Shown piece after piece: positions 18,839 through 27,379 of a DNA stretch of 64,000 nt. Made by a program: the position numbers and the translations under genes. Origin of the DNA: Armatimonadota bacterium (GTDB taxonomy: Bacteria; Armatimonadota; HRBIN16); NCBI GenBank assembly GCA_963677485.1, contig OY781964.1, positions 4,512,696-4,576,695 on the forward strand, in the 5' to 3' direction. Under the pieces are notes generated by a model, which did no database searches, was not told the origin of the DNA, and was given only the letters and a program-made list of their open reading frames with translations. Position 1 is the first letter of the stretch; each line of letters opens with the position of its first letter.

Positions 18839-21094
18839 ATGACTAAACGACCATCATATTCTGTGATTTCACTGCTGCTGATGCGCATGATCTGTGTATC
18901 AGGGGTGGTGGCAGGATATCCGTCTCGCGTCTGGTATGATGGTTCGATCGAACCCAACGTGACATCTCTCGGATCGCTGCTTTCGGATAATGCTGGATTC
19001 TATGGCGATTCCGTAATGACTGGGGTGAGCTACACATACGGTGCTGCCAATACACCCGATAACCCGTCCGATACCCTCGCTGACACGCCAGCTTTCGGCA
19101 GACGACTGCTGGACGGCAAATACAATGGCGATTGGTATGTGCCGGTGGGTATAGTAGCAAAGCCCGTAGTGGTGACATTCGACTTCAAAAGGGCCTGCAC
19201 GTTCAAAGAGGTAGACATCTCAACGGAGGCCCCTAACCCGCACACACAGCAATACTTGAAGATCGAGACAGCCAACAGCCCGAATGGCCCCTGGCTGTTG
19301 GCCTACCAGTCTGAAAAAGAGAATCGGCCAGCGAAACCACTGCTGCGAATCCCTCTCGTAAAGGCGGTGTCTGGTCGGTATATGCGGCTCACTGCGGGCG
19401 ATTCGGCATCCGGCCAGCAGTTTCTATCGGAGGTGTGGGTGTGGGGAAACGCCACTGTCAATGCTGCTTATCCTGAAGCTGTGAATCCGCTATACAAAGA
19501 GCTGCCGGCGGGGTATTACTCCATTCCGGGAGTTTGGGCATCAAAATTTACGAAGGCGCAGTTTGTGTCGTGGCAAAACGGCCTGGGGTCGTATGCCAAG
19601 CAGGCTGCAGTGATCTCAAAGGTGTCGACCTGGAGCAATATCAGCAATCGGCCCATTTTGCCGACGCGCCCGGCCGTGCTAAATGGCCAGACGTATAAGC
19701 TCGAGACCGCCAGAAACATGACGGAATACGTCGCGGTGGCGCTGACCAATACGAAGCTCTCAGATGCACGTGCGAAGGTGTCTTTAAGCGACTTTAGGCT
19801 CAACAGCGCGAAATCCTCCATGATCAAGGGTGAAATGCGTGTGATGGGGGCGATGCAGACCCGGACCAATGGCGTCCAGCTCACCCCGATGTTTACGGCT
19901 GACAACCTCCTAAGCAGCGGCCTCATGAAGCGCTACGTGAATAATGGCTCAACCATCAGCAGCTTTCCGAATATTACGCTGACGCCAGGCGGGTCGGCAG
20001 TGTTGTGGATATCAATACAGACGAAAAATGCCCTCCCAGGAACATACTCTGCGAAATTGAGTTTCTCCGGTGGTAAACCCGTCACCATAAGCCTTAAAGT
20101 CAACAACATCACTCTGCCGGCACCATTTGTATGGCTGCGGACATGGAGCACGAATACATCTGCGCAAATACCGTTCAACTACAGCGACCGCATGGTTCGG
20201 GAAGTCCGCTATGCACGAGGGCTCGGCATCAATGTCTGGAACGGGTTCCCCGCGGCGGGTAATGATGTAGCGGATGCTCGGAAGATGGGCAAGACGATCA
20301 GCAGCATCTTTGGTGTGCCACACTGGGAGGAGGGTTATCCGGGCGGCTGGCAGACCGCCAGTATCCCAGCCGCGTATAAGCAAGATATCGCCAAGTATAT
20401 ATCAGCGACGGTCACGCAGGCCAAAGCCGCCGGGCTGGGATACGATGAGTGGCATTTTGAACTCTGGGACGAACCCGGGATGAAGAACGGCCTCTCATTT
20501 GGGGCACTGGCTCGGGTCATCAAGCAGATCAATCCTGACGTCAGGATATACTGCGACCCGTGCAGTTGGAAAGGGAGCGGCTGGGCAACTGATGAAGCTG
20601 CCAATGCTGCCTATGCTCCCTGGTACAATAGCTGTGTGGATATCTCCGTGCCATCTGAAGGCATGGATAACCCGAAAACATTCCCGCTGGAATGGTCGCT
20701 GTGGAACGCACCGCGCTTTGTTCGGGCGTTTTATGAACATCCGACCGAAAAGAAACCCGAAAGCGGGGTTGAACTGGTGCGCCGCCAGGCTTGGAAGGCG
20801 TTCAGCAGAGGATGGAACGGATGGGGCACCTACTCATACTGTTCGCCAGGAAAAGACCCATGGAATGATATGGACGACATCGAAGGCGACCATCTGATGG
20901 CGTTCCCCGGGCCCAATGGGCCGGTAGCGACCAGACGCTCCGAAGGCATCCGGGCTGGCTGGGAGGACTACTGCCTGCTCAGCCTTATGCGAAGCCGCGG
21001 GCTGAAAGCAGAGTTGGACACCGTGCTGGCAAGGTATAAAGAGGGCACCGCGCTGCAGACTCTGCGCCAGATGATGATCAACTATCTGAAATAG
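18839..21094 (+). CDS. Secreted multidomain protein with an F5/8-type C domain and a C-terminal GH-A-like (ELWDEPG) putative hydrolase region
   Basis: Signal MTKRPSYSVISLLLMRMICVSGVVAG. Discoidin-like RLLDGKYNGDWYVPVGIVAKPVVVTFDFKRACTFKEVDI. WHFELWDEPG motif. Confidence 0.45.
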   Translation: MTKRPSYSVISLLLMRMICVSGVVAGYPSRVWYDGSIEPNVTSLGSLLSDNAGFYGDSVMTGVSYTYGAANTPDNPSDTLADTPAFGRRLLDGKYNGDWYVPVGIVAKPVVVTFDFKRACTFKEVDISTEAPNPHTQQYLKIETANSPNGPWLLAYQSEKENRPAKPLLRIPLVKAVSGRYMRLTAGDSASGQQFLSEVWVWGNATVNAAYPEAVNPLYKELPAGYYSIPGVWASKFTKAQFVSWQNGLGSYAKQAAVISKVSTWSNISNRPILPTRPAVLNGQTYKLETARNMTEYVAVALTNTKLSDARAKVSLSDFRLNSAKSSMIKGEMRVMGAMQTRTNGVQLTPMFTADNLLSSGLMKRYVNNGSTISSFPNITLTPGGSAVLWISIQTKNALPGTYSAKLSFSGGKPVTISLKVNNITLPAPFVWLRTWSTNTSAQIPFNYSDRMVREVRYARGLGINVWNGFPAAGNDVADARKMGKTISSIFGVPHWEEGYPGGWQTASIPAAYKQDIAKYISATVTQAKAAGLGYDEWHFELWDEPGMKNGLSFGALARVIKQINPDVRIYCDPCSWKGSGWATDEAANAAYAPWYNSCVDISVPSEGMDNPKTFPLEWSLWNAPRFVRAFYEHPTEKKPESGVELVRRQAWKAFSRGWNGWGTYSYCSPGKDPWNDMDDIEGDHLMAFPGPNGPVATRRSEGIRAGWEDYCLLSLMRSRGLKAELDTVLARYKEGTALQTLRQMMINYLK

Positions 21095-21153
21095 GATTAC
21101 AGATGCAAATCAGCCATCGGTGACGGGTACTACTAATGCGTTTCCACTGAATC

Positions 21154-21294
21154 GGCAATGTCCGGGGCGGTCTGGCTGGACGTTAGCGGTTGCAGAAATC
21201 TCAAGACCGCGCCGGTCTGGCGGATAGCCCCTCCGGTTTGGTTTCGAAATCAAGACCGGCGCGGTTAGGAGAAAACCGCCCCGGACATTGGCAA
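21154..21294. repeat. MITE/REP-like nested inverted-repeat element, copy B
   Basis: GGCAATGTCCGGGGCGGTCTGG ... AAGACCGCGCCGGTCTGGCGGATAGCC ... AAGACCGGCGCGGTT ... ACCGCCCCGGACATTGGCAA. Confidence 0.85.
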
Positions 21295-21329
21295 CCAAGT
21301 ATATTAACAACAAGGCGAGTGAGCTGAAG

Positions 21330-22463
21330 ATGACTTCTAAAGAACGTACGCTGATCGCAATGATGAATGGGCAGCCGGATATGGTGCCCGTCGCACCGGA
21401 TATGTCCAATATGATTCCGTGCAAGCTGACAGGGAAGCCGTTCTGGGATATCTACCTGTATCAAGACCCGCCGCTTTGGAAGGCATACATCGATGCCGTC
21501 AGGTTCTTTGGGTTTGACGGCTGGCTTCCTGGGGTGCCTGTGGATGTTGACTACGATCTCCATACCGGGCAGGATCAGCCGCAGTGGAAAGAGGCGATTG
21601 TTCACACCACACCAGAGCGTATCTACACGCGTATGCATATACAGCTTGAGGGTGATCATCAGTGGTCGGACTTCTGCCATGTCTACTACATAGCCGATCC
21701 GCCGACACATCACGTGAGGCTATCCAAGGTGGGATTGCCAGCAGAACCGCCAACCTCGTGGGAGGATGTTGTTCCCAGAACAAGCTATAGCGGTGTAGAC
21801 GCATACTATGCTGCGTCGGAATATATGGGCGATGCTGGGGTGGTGGGTATTGCTGAGGGGCTGCCAGGATTGGGGCTGGAGCCGGAATCCATGTATGAGT
21901 GGTACGATAACCCAGATGCCGTGCGCGAAAGATGCCAGGCCTATCATGAGCAGATTGTGCGCAGGACGAAAAAGATAGTCAAGATCAAACCGGATTTTCT
22001 ATTGCTTGGGGTATCTGGCTTTATGATCAGCAACCCTGAGCCGATATTTCGCGAGCTGGCCTTGCCTACCTTGAAAGAGGTGACTGCAATCTGTAAAGCC
22101 GCCGGGGTGCCCAGTCAGCTTCACTGCTGCGGCCCAGAATACTCGCTGGTAAAAATGGCGGCTCTGGAAACTGATCTGTCGAATATCAACCCTCTGGAAG
22201 TCGCCCCCATGGGTGACTGCGACTTGGCTCGTGTAAAGCGTGAGTTCGGGCATAAGATCAGCCTGATGGGCAATCTGCACACCACATCGGTGATGCTTCA
22301 CGGCAGCCCGCAGAAGGTGGCGGAAGAGAGCAGGAAGGCGATTGATGCTGCAGCGGCGGGCGGAGGGTTTATCCTCTCCACCGGCGACCAATGCGGCCGC
22401 GATACCCCGTTTGACAACATCCATGCGATGATCGACACCGCCAGGAACTATTTCAAGTATTAG
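21330..22463 (+). CDS. Uroporphyrinogen decarboxylase (URO-D) / MtaA-CmuA-like methyltransferase family protein
   Basis: MTSKERTLIAMMNGQPDMVPV N-terminus and C-terminal GGFILSTGDQCGRDTPFDNIHAMIDTARNY are typical of the URO-D/MtaA family. The ATG at 21330 is preferred because upstream ORF sequence lies inside repeat copy B. Confidence 0.6.
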   Translation: MTSKERTLIAMMNGQPDMVPVAPDMSNMIPCKLTGKPFWDIYLYQDPPLWKAYIDAVRFFGFDGWLPGVPVDVDYDLHTGQDQPQWKEAIVHTTPERIYTRMHIQLEGDHQWSDFCHVYYIADPPTHHVRLSKVGLPAEPPTSWEDVVPRTSYSGVDAYYAASEYMGDAGVVGIAEGLPGLGLEPESMYEWYDNPDAVRERCQAYHEQIVRRTKKIVKIKPDFLLLGVSGFMISNPEPIFRELALPTLKEVTAICKAAGVPSQLHCCGPEYSLVKMAALETDLSNINPLEVAPMGDCDLARVKREFGHKISLMGNLHTTSVMLHGSPQKVAEESRKAIDAAAAGGGFILSTGDQCGRDTPFDNIHAMIDTARNYFKY

Positions 22464-22486
22464 GCGAGCCGCCAGAAGCCATGAAT

Positions 22487-22650
22487 GGCTATGTCCGGGG
22501 CGGTCTGGCAGGTGGCTAGCGGTAACAGGCGGCTCAAGACCGCGCCGGTCTGGCGGATAGCCTGAAACCACTTGTCCCGCATGGATCAAGACCGGCGCGG
22601 TTGGGGAAAACCGCCCCGGACATCGGCAACCAAAACCGCCCCGGACATGG
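22487..22650. repeat. MITE/REP-like nested inverted-repeat element, copy C, with an extra partial terminal repeat
   Basis: GGCTATGTCCGGGGCGGTCTGG ... AAGACCGCGCCGGTCTGGCGGATAGCC ... AAGACCGGCGCGGTT ... ACCGCCCCGGACATCGGCAA, then a duplicated ACCGCCCCGGACATGG at 22635..22650. Confidence 0.85.
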
Positions 22651-22719
22651 GTGATCACCGCTGAACAGGGCCTGATTCTACCCCAAATATCCTCCTCGAT
22701 TTCCTCATAATCCGTCCGT

Positions 22720-22784
22720 CCTGACAAGATATGTATATTATATGGGTATATAAATATACACTATAAAGTGTGTATAATATTTAT
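22720..22784 (+). promoter_or_regulatory. AT-rich promoter island upstream of imuB with a TATAAT-like -10 and the dyad ACACT-ATAA-AGTGT (22758..22771). Candidate SOS/repressor operator.
   Basis: The sequence tatgtatattatatgggtatataaatatacactataaagtgtgtataatatttat sits in an otherwise ~55% GC region, immediately 5' of the imuB ATG at 22785. Confidence 0.4.
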
Positions 22785-24146
22785 ATGAGAACAGGATGGA
22801 TACTCTGTGTGCAGGCGCACGGAATACATTTGGCGGCGGCGGAAGCGGACAGCACACAGCCTGCAGTGGTGCTATCCGACAGCCGCGTGCTGGAAGCCAA
22901 CAGCCTGGCGATCAGCGCGGGGGTCAGCGCGGGTATGCGCGACAGCGGCCTGGAGGCGGTCTGCCCGCAGGCACTCTGCTACGCCCACAACCCTGATGCC
23001 TCGCTGGCGATGCGCCGCAACTGGCTGGATTCAATTGCTGACGTGGCGCTGGCGCTGGAGCCTCTGGACGACAAATACGCGCTGATGGACATGCGCGGCC
23101 TCAGTGCCAAAACCGCCGCTACGGAGCTGCTGGAACGGGCCAAGAAGCTGAATCTGGAAGTCAGCACGGGCATCGCTCCGGGCCGGACCTCCGCGCAGTT
23201 GGCCCTGCGTGCGCTAAAAGGCCGCCCTGGCGCGTTCAGGCTGCCGTATCCCCTCCGGGACGCTTTGGCGGGCCTAGAGCTCAGTCTGGTGCCCGCTCCG
23301 CTGGATAAAATCGCGGTAAAGGCTCAGCGGCTGGGCTGGAAGAGTTTCGGCGCACTGGTGGTGCAGAACATGCAGCGCGTGCGCAGTCTGCTGGGCATGG
23401 AGGGGCTGGCACTCTGGGGACTGGCGCAGGGCTGCGATGACGGCATGGTGAAAAGCCTCTACCCGGAGCCAAAGCTGGAGTATATTGGCGACTTCCCGGA
23501 GAACATCACCGAGCAGACGGCCGCGAACGTCTGGGCAAAGCAGGCGCGTCAGATGGAGCGTGCACTGGAGGGTCGCGGGGCTGTGTGGATGCAGATGAGC
23601 ATCTGGAACGAGGGGGCCTCAATGGTGGACCGCATGACGCTGAACCTGAATCCACCCGCCAGCCAGCAGCCGCAGATTATGACGGCCTTGATGCGCATGT
23701 GGGACAAGCGGTTTCGCCATACTGAGCCGCTGCGCTGGGAGCTGCTCATCACCCATACGCAGCAGGTGATCGGCCGCCAGATGAGCTTCGAGGAGGCGGA
23801 GACGCACCACATCAACCGGCAGGTGGAGCGCACCTTCAGCGACCTGCGCTCGCGATACGGGGAGCGCGCCCTGGTGACGCTGTCGGAGATCAAATTGGAC
23901 TGGCATGAGCAGATGAGGAGGTATTATGAGCCGTTCAACATGGAGGCCTACCAGTGTGCTGCTGAGTGCGCTGGGGCTGCCGCTTCGGGTGCAGGAGCCC
24001 GACTGCAGCTACCAGTTGGATCAGTTGCTGGAGCAGTGGAGGGAGGCGGGCAAGTGGTGGGAGGGGGAGCACCAGAAGAGCTTCTTTCGTTTTGTGGCCG
24101 ACGAGGGCATACTGCTGGAGTTGTGCAACAACAGTTGCGACGATAG
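22785..24146 (+). CDS. imuB: ImuB-like Y-family polymerase homolog (mutasome accessory subunit)
   Basis: N-terminal MRTGWILCVQAHGIHLAAAEADSTQPAVVLSDSRVLEANSLA resembles the ImuB/DinB N-terminus. It sits immediately upstream of dnaE2. Ala/Gly-rich C-terminal tail. Confidence 0.65.
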   Translation: MRTGWILCVQAHGIHLAAAEADSTQPAVVLSDSRVLEANSLAISAGVSAGMRDSGLEAVCPQALCYAHNPDASLAMRRNWLDSIADVALALEPLDDKYALMDMRGLSAKTAATELLERAKKLNLEVSTGIAPGRTSAQLALRALKGRPGAFRLPYPLRDALAGLELSLVPAPLDKIAVKAQRLGWKSFGALVVQNMQRVRSLLGMEGLALWGLAQGCDDGMVKSLYPEPKLEYIGDFPENITEQTAANVWAKQARQMERALEGRGAVWMQMSIWNEGASMVDRMTLNLNPPASQQPQIMTALMRMWDKRFRHTEPLRWELLITHTQQVIGRQMSFEEAETHHINRQVERTFSDLRSRYGERALVTLSEIKLDWHEQMRRYYEPFNMEAYQCAAECAGAAASGAGARLQLPVGSVAGAVEGGGQVVGGGAPEELLSFCGRRGHTAGVVQQQLRR

Positions 24147-24174
24147 CTGGACTATGCGAAGAAGGTAGCAAACT

Positions 24175-27100
24175 GTGATACACCTGCACGTTCACTCCGG
24201 CTTTAGCTTCGAGGATGGAGCGAACCAGCCCGAAGAGCTGGCCGCGGAGGCCGCACGCCTGGATATGAGCGCATTGGCATTGACCGACCGCGATGCGCTC
24301 TACGGCGCGGTGCGCTTCCAGGACGCCTGCAGTCGAGTGGGGATTCAGGCGATCCACGGCGCGGTGCTGACCATGCATGACGGCATGGACTTGCTGCTTC
24401 TGTGCGAAACGCCTGAGGGGTATCGCAACCTCAGCCGCATCCTGGCCAAGGCTCACCTGCAAAATCCGCGCAATGAGCCGCACACGCGCATGCCCTGGCT
24501 GCGGCTGCACCATGAGGGGCTGATCTGCCTGACCGGCAGCCGCCAGAGCCGTCTGGTCTATTTAGTGCGTGCGCAACGCTACTCGGAGGCTAAGAATTGG
24601 CTGGATGAGCTGCGCACGGTGTTCGGGGCGCAGAACCTGTACATCCAGTTGGAGCGGTGCTTTCGGCCTGGGGATGCCTGGATCACCGCCCGGCTGATGG
24701 AGTTGGCCGACCATATGGGCCTTCCTGTGGTGGCCAGTGCCGATGTGCGCTACGCCACGCCCAAACAGTTCCCTGCTCATGACATATTGCTCTGCGCCAA
24801 ACTGGACATCAGTGTGGCCCAGCCGCATCCGCTGAGGGGCATCAACACCTGCAACAGTCTGCAGCACGCCCTGGACTGGCCGCAGCTTTTTGAGGACCGG
24901 CCGGATGCGGTGCAAAACACATTGCTGCTGGCTCAGCGCTGCACCTACAACACCTTGCCGCAGGACCACAACCTGTTTCCCCGCTTTCCCGTAAAGGCAG
25001 GTGAGACGCCGGAGGGTGTTTTGAAGCTGCTGGTGCGGCAGGGAGCCCAACGGCGATTCAAGCAGATCACCCCTGAAGCTCGAAAACGGCTGACCCATGA
25101 GCTGCAGATCATCTGCCAGTTGGGCTATGCCGACTACTTTCTGGCCGTGTGGGATTTGGCGCGGTTCGCCGATGACCAGGGCATCCGGCACACGGGGCGC
25201 GGTTCGGCTGCCGATAGCGCGGTGGCCTACTGTCTGAACCTGACATCGGTGGACTCCATCCGTCGGGGGCTGCCTTTTGAGCGGTTTCTTTCGATGGAGC
25301 GAAGCCAGAAGCCGGATATCGACATCGACTTCGACTCCGAACGGCGCGAAGAGGTGTTCCGCTACGTGCGCGAGCGGTACGGTGAGGATCATGTGGGCAT
25401 GGTGTGTACATTCCAGACATTCCGGGCACGCTCTGCCATCCGGCTGGTGGGCAAATCGCTGGGTATTTCTGTGCAGATGGTGGATTACTTCGCGAAGCAT
25501 ATCCCCTGGATGTGTCATGCCGATGCGCTGGACCGTGCGTTTGACAAGGCCCCGGAGCTGCTGCATAGCGGTTTAAGCAGGCAGCAGCTCACGCTGTGGG
25601 TCTATCTCTGCGCGCAGATATCGGGCCTGCCGCATCATTTCAGCACGCATCTGGGAGGCATTGTCATTTCACGGGTGCCGGTGTGCGACATTGCGCCCAT
25701 GCAAATGTCGCCCATGGACCGGCGTGTGCTCCAGTTTGATAAAGATGATGTGGAGCGCATCGGCTTTATCAAACTAGACCTGCTGAGCCTGAAGACGCTC
25801 CACGCGGTGGAGGAGGCGGAGGGGCAGATCATGGAGATCGACCCCGGATTCCGCGTGACCGAGATCCCTTACGATGACCCCGAGGTATACAAAATGATCC
25901 GCGCGGGAGAGACCATCGGTGCCTTCCAGATTGAGAGCCCGGCTCAGCGCTCGCTTCATGTGCGGCTGAACTCGGATCACCAAAACGACCTGGACGTGAG
26001 TGTGGCACTGATCCGTCCGGGGCCGATTGGCGGCAATATGGTGGAGCCGTTTGTGAACCGCCGCAATGGCGTGGAGCAGGTGGCCTACCTTCACCCTGAC
26101 CTGGAGCCGATTTTGCGCCACACCTGCGGTGTGCCGGTGTTTCAGGAGCAGATCATCCTGATCGCCACGGTGATGGCGGGCTTTACACCTGGCGAATCTG
26201 ACCATCTGCGCAAGACGATGACGCATAACCGTTCGCAGATAGCCATGGAGGAGATAGGCACGCGGTTTGTGCAAAGCTCCGTGAATCGGGGATACACGCA
26301 GGAACTCGCGCAGATGGTGTTCGAGTGGATATTCGGTTTCGCGGGCTACGGCTTCTGTGAGGCGCACGCCGCCAGCTTTGGCGATACCGCCTACAAAACC
26401 GCCTGGATGCTGCACTACCATCCCGGCGAGTATATGGCGGCGATCCTCAGCAGCCAGCCGATGGGTTATTATCCGGTCAACACCATCGCTCAGGAGGCGC
26501 GTCGGCGGGGTGTGCAGTTGATCCAGCCCGACATCAACCTCAGCAAGGTGGCTTGTAAGTGCCACAATAACAGGATTCGGCTGGGGTTTTGCCGTATCGG
26601 CGGGATGCGCCGCGCTGAGATGGATGCCATTGAGCAGGGTCAGCCTTTTACCGACCTGGAAGACCTCTGCCGCAGAGCGACCGTGAATCGCGACAGCCTG
26701 GAGTCTCTGGCGATGTGCGGTGCGTTCGACAGTTGGCACCGCAATCGGCGTATGTGGCTGTCACGCATTCCTGAGGCCATCGCCTCCGTGAATGATGGGG
26801 GGCTGGTCAGCCCGCGCAGCGAAACAGACCGCAGCGTGGCGAACTTCAGCCCGTGGGAGCAGTTCATGCTGGAGTGGCAGTTGATGGGTCTGACCGTGAA
26901 CTGCCATGTGATGACCCACTTGCGGGAGCGGATGTATCGGTTAGGGTTCTACAGCTCCGCTGATCTAAAGCAGGTGCCCAACGGCATGCGGGTGAGCGTG
27001 GCGGGGCTGGTGACCTGCCCGCACCGGCCTCCCACGCGAAGCGGTCGCCGCGTGATGTTCTTTGGGCTGGAAGACGAGTTTGGGCAGATCGAGTGCGCGC

Positions 27101-27321
27101 TGTTTGAGCCCGCTTACCAGACCTGCGGGCATCAGGTGCTGCGTGTGCCCGTGCTGGCCGCTGAAGGCACGCTGGTGCAGAAGGGTCGGGGGCGCAGCGT
27201 AATTGTGGACGCCGTGTGGCCTATGGAGATGAGCGTGATAGAGACGGAGGAGCGGAACAGTGCCGGTGGAGGTGATGATGTAGCCGAAGTTGTGGCAGCA
27301 TCGGACGGATCAGGCGGATAG
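24175..27321 (+). CDS. dnaE2: Error-prone DNA polymerase DnaE2 (ImuC)
   Basis: PHP domain MIHLHVHSGFSFEDGANQPEELAAEAARLDMSALALTDRDALYGAV. Length 1048 aa, pol III alpha-like. GTG start with an AAGGTAG Shine-Dalgarno sequence. Confidence 0.85.
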   Translation: MIHLHVHSGFSFEDGANQPEELAAEAARLDMSALALTDRDALYGAVRFQDACSRVGIQAIHGAVLTMHDGMDLLLLCETPEGYRNLSRILAKAHLQNPRNEPHTRMPWLRLHHEGLICLTGSRQSRLVYLVRAQRYSEAKNWLDELRTVFGAQNLYIQLERCFRPGDAWITARLMELADHMGLPVVASADVRYATPKQFPAHDILLCAKLDISVAQPHPLRGINTCNSLQHALDWPQLFEDRPDAVQNTLLLAQRCTYNTLPQDHNLFPRFPVKAGETPEGVLKLLVRQGAQRRFKQITPEARKRLTHELQIICQLGYADYFLAVWDLARFADDQGIRHTGRGSAADSAVAYCLNLTSVDSIRRGLPFERFLSMERSQKPDIDIDFDSERREEVFRYVRERYGEDHVGMVCTFQTFRARSAIRLVGKSLGISVQMVDYFAKHIPWMCHADALDRAFDKAPELLHSGLSRQQLTLWVYLCAQISGLPHHFSTHLGGIVISRVPVCDIAPMQMSPMDRRVLQFDKDDVERIGFIKLDLLSLKTLHAVEEAEGQIMEIDPGFRVTEIPYDDPEVYKMIRAGETIGAFQIESPAQRSLHVRLNSDHQNDLDVSVALIRPGPIGGNMVEPFVNRRNGVEQVAYLHPDLEPILRHTCGVPVFQEQIILIATVMAGFTPGESDHLRKTMTHNRSQIAMEEIGTRFVQSSVNRGYTQELAQMVFEWIFGFAGYGFCEAHAASFGDTAYKTAWMLHYHPGEYMAAILSSQPMGYYPVNTIAQEARRRGVQLIQPDINLSKVACKCHNNRIRLGFCRIGGMRRAEMDAIEQGQPFTDLEDLCRRATVNRDSLESLAMCGAFDSWHRNRRMWLSRIPEAIASVNDGGLVSPRSETDRSVANFSPWEQFMLEWQLMGLTVNCHVMTHLRERMYRLGFYSSADLKQVPNGMRVSVAGLVTCPHRPPTRSGRRVMFFGLEDEFGQIECALFEPAYQTCGHQVLRVPVLAAEGTLVQKGRGRSVIVDAVWPMEMSVIETEERNSAGGGDDVAEVVAASDGSGG

Positions 27322-27379
27322 GACGGATTGGACTGATATATAAAATCCGCCCGATCCGCCCTAAATCACTCCGCAGAGC

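Noticed and set aside
21110-22727. Minus-strand ORFs 21110..21424, 21201..21713 and 21999..22727 that share peptide segments (GYPPDRRGLE, DRPGH, CPGRFSP)
   Set aside because: The shared peptides come from translating the two MITE copies. These are repeat artefacts, not a protein family.
22796-23085. Arg-rich alternative-frame ORFs (66 and 92 aa) at the 5' end of imuB
   Set aside because: These are overlapping-frame artefacts of GC-rich imuB coding sequence. The imuB frame has the recognisable Y-family N-terminus.
27312-27362. Hairpin (GGCGGAT...ATCCGCC) between convergent dnaE2 and purM, considered as a terminator
   Set aside because: The stem is short and interrupted and there is no U-tract on either strand, so intrinsic terminator function is doubtful. 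It is kept only as part of the ATCCGTCC-motif observation.
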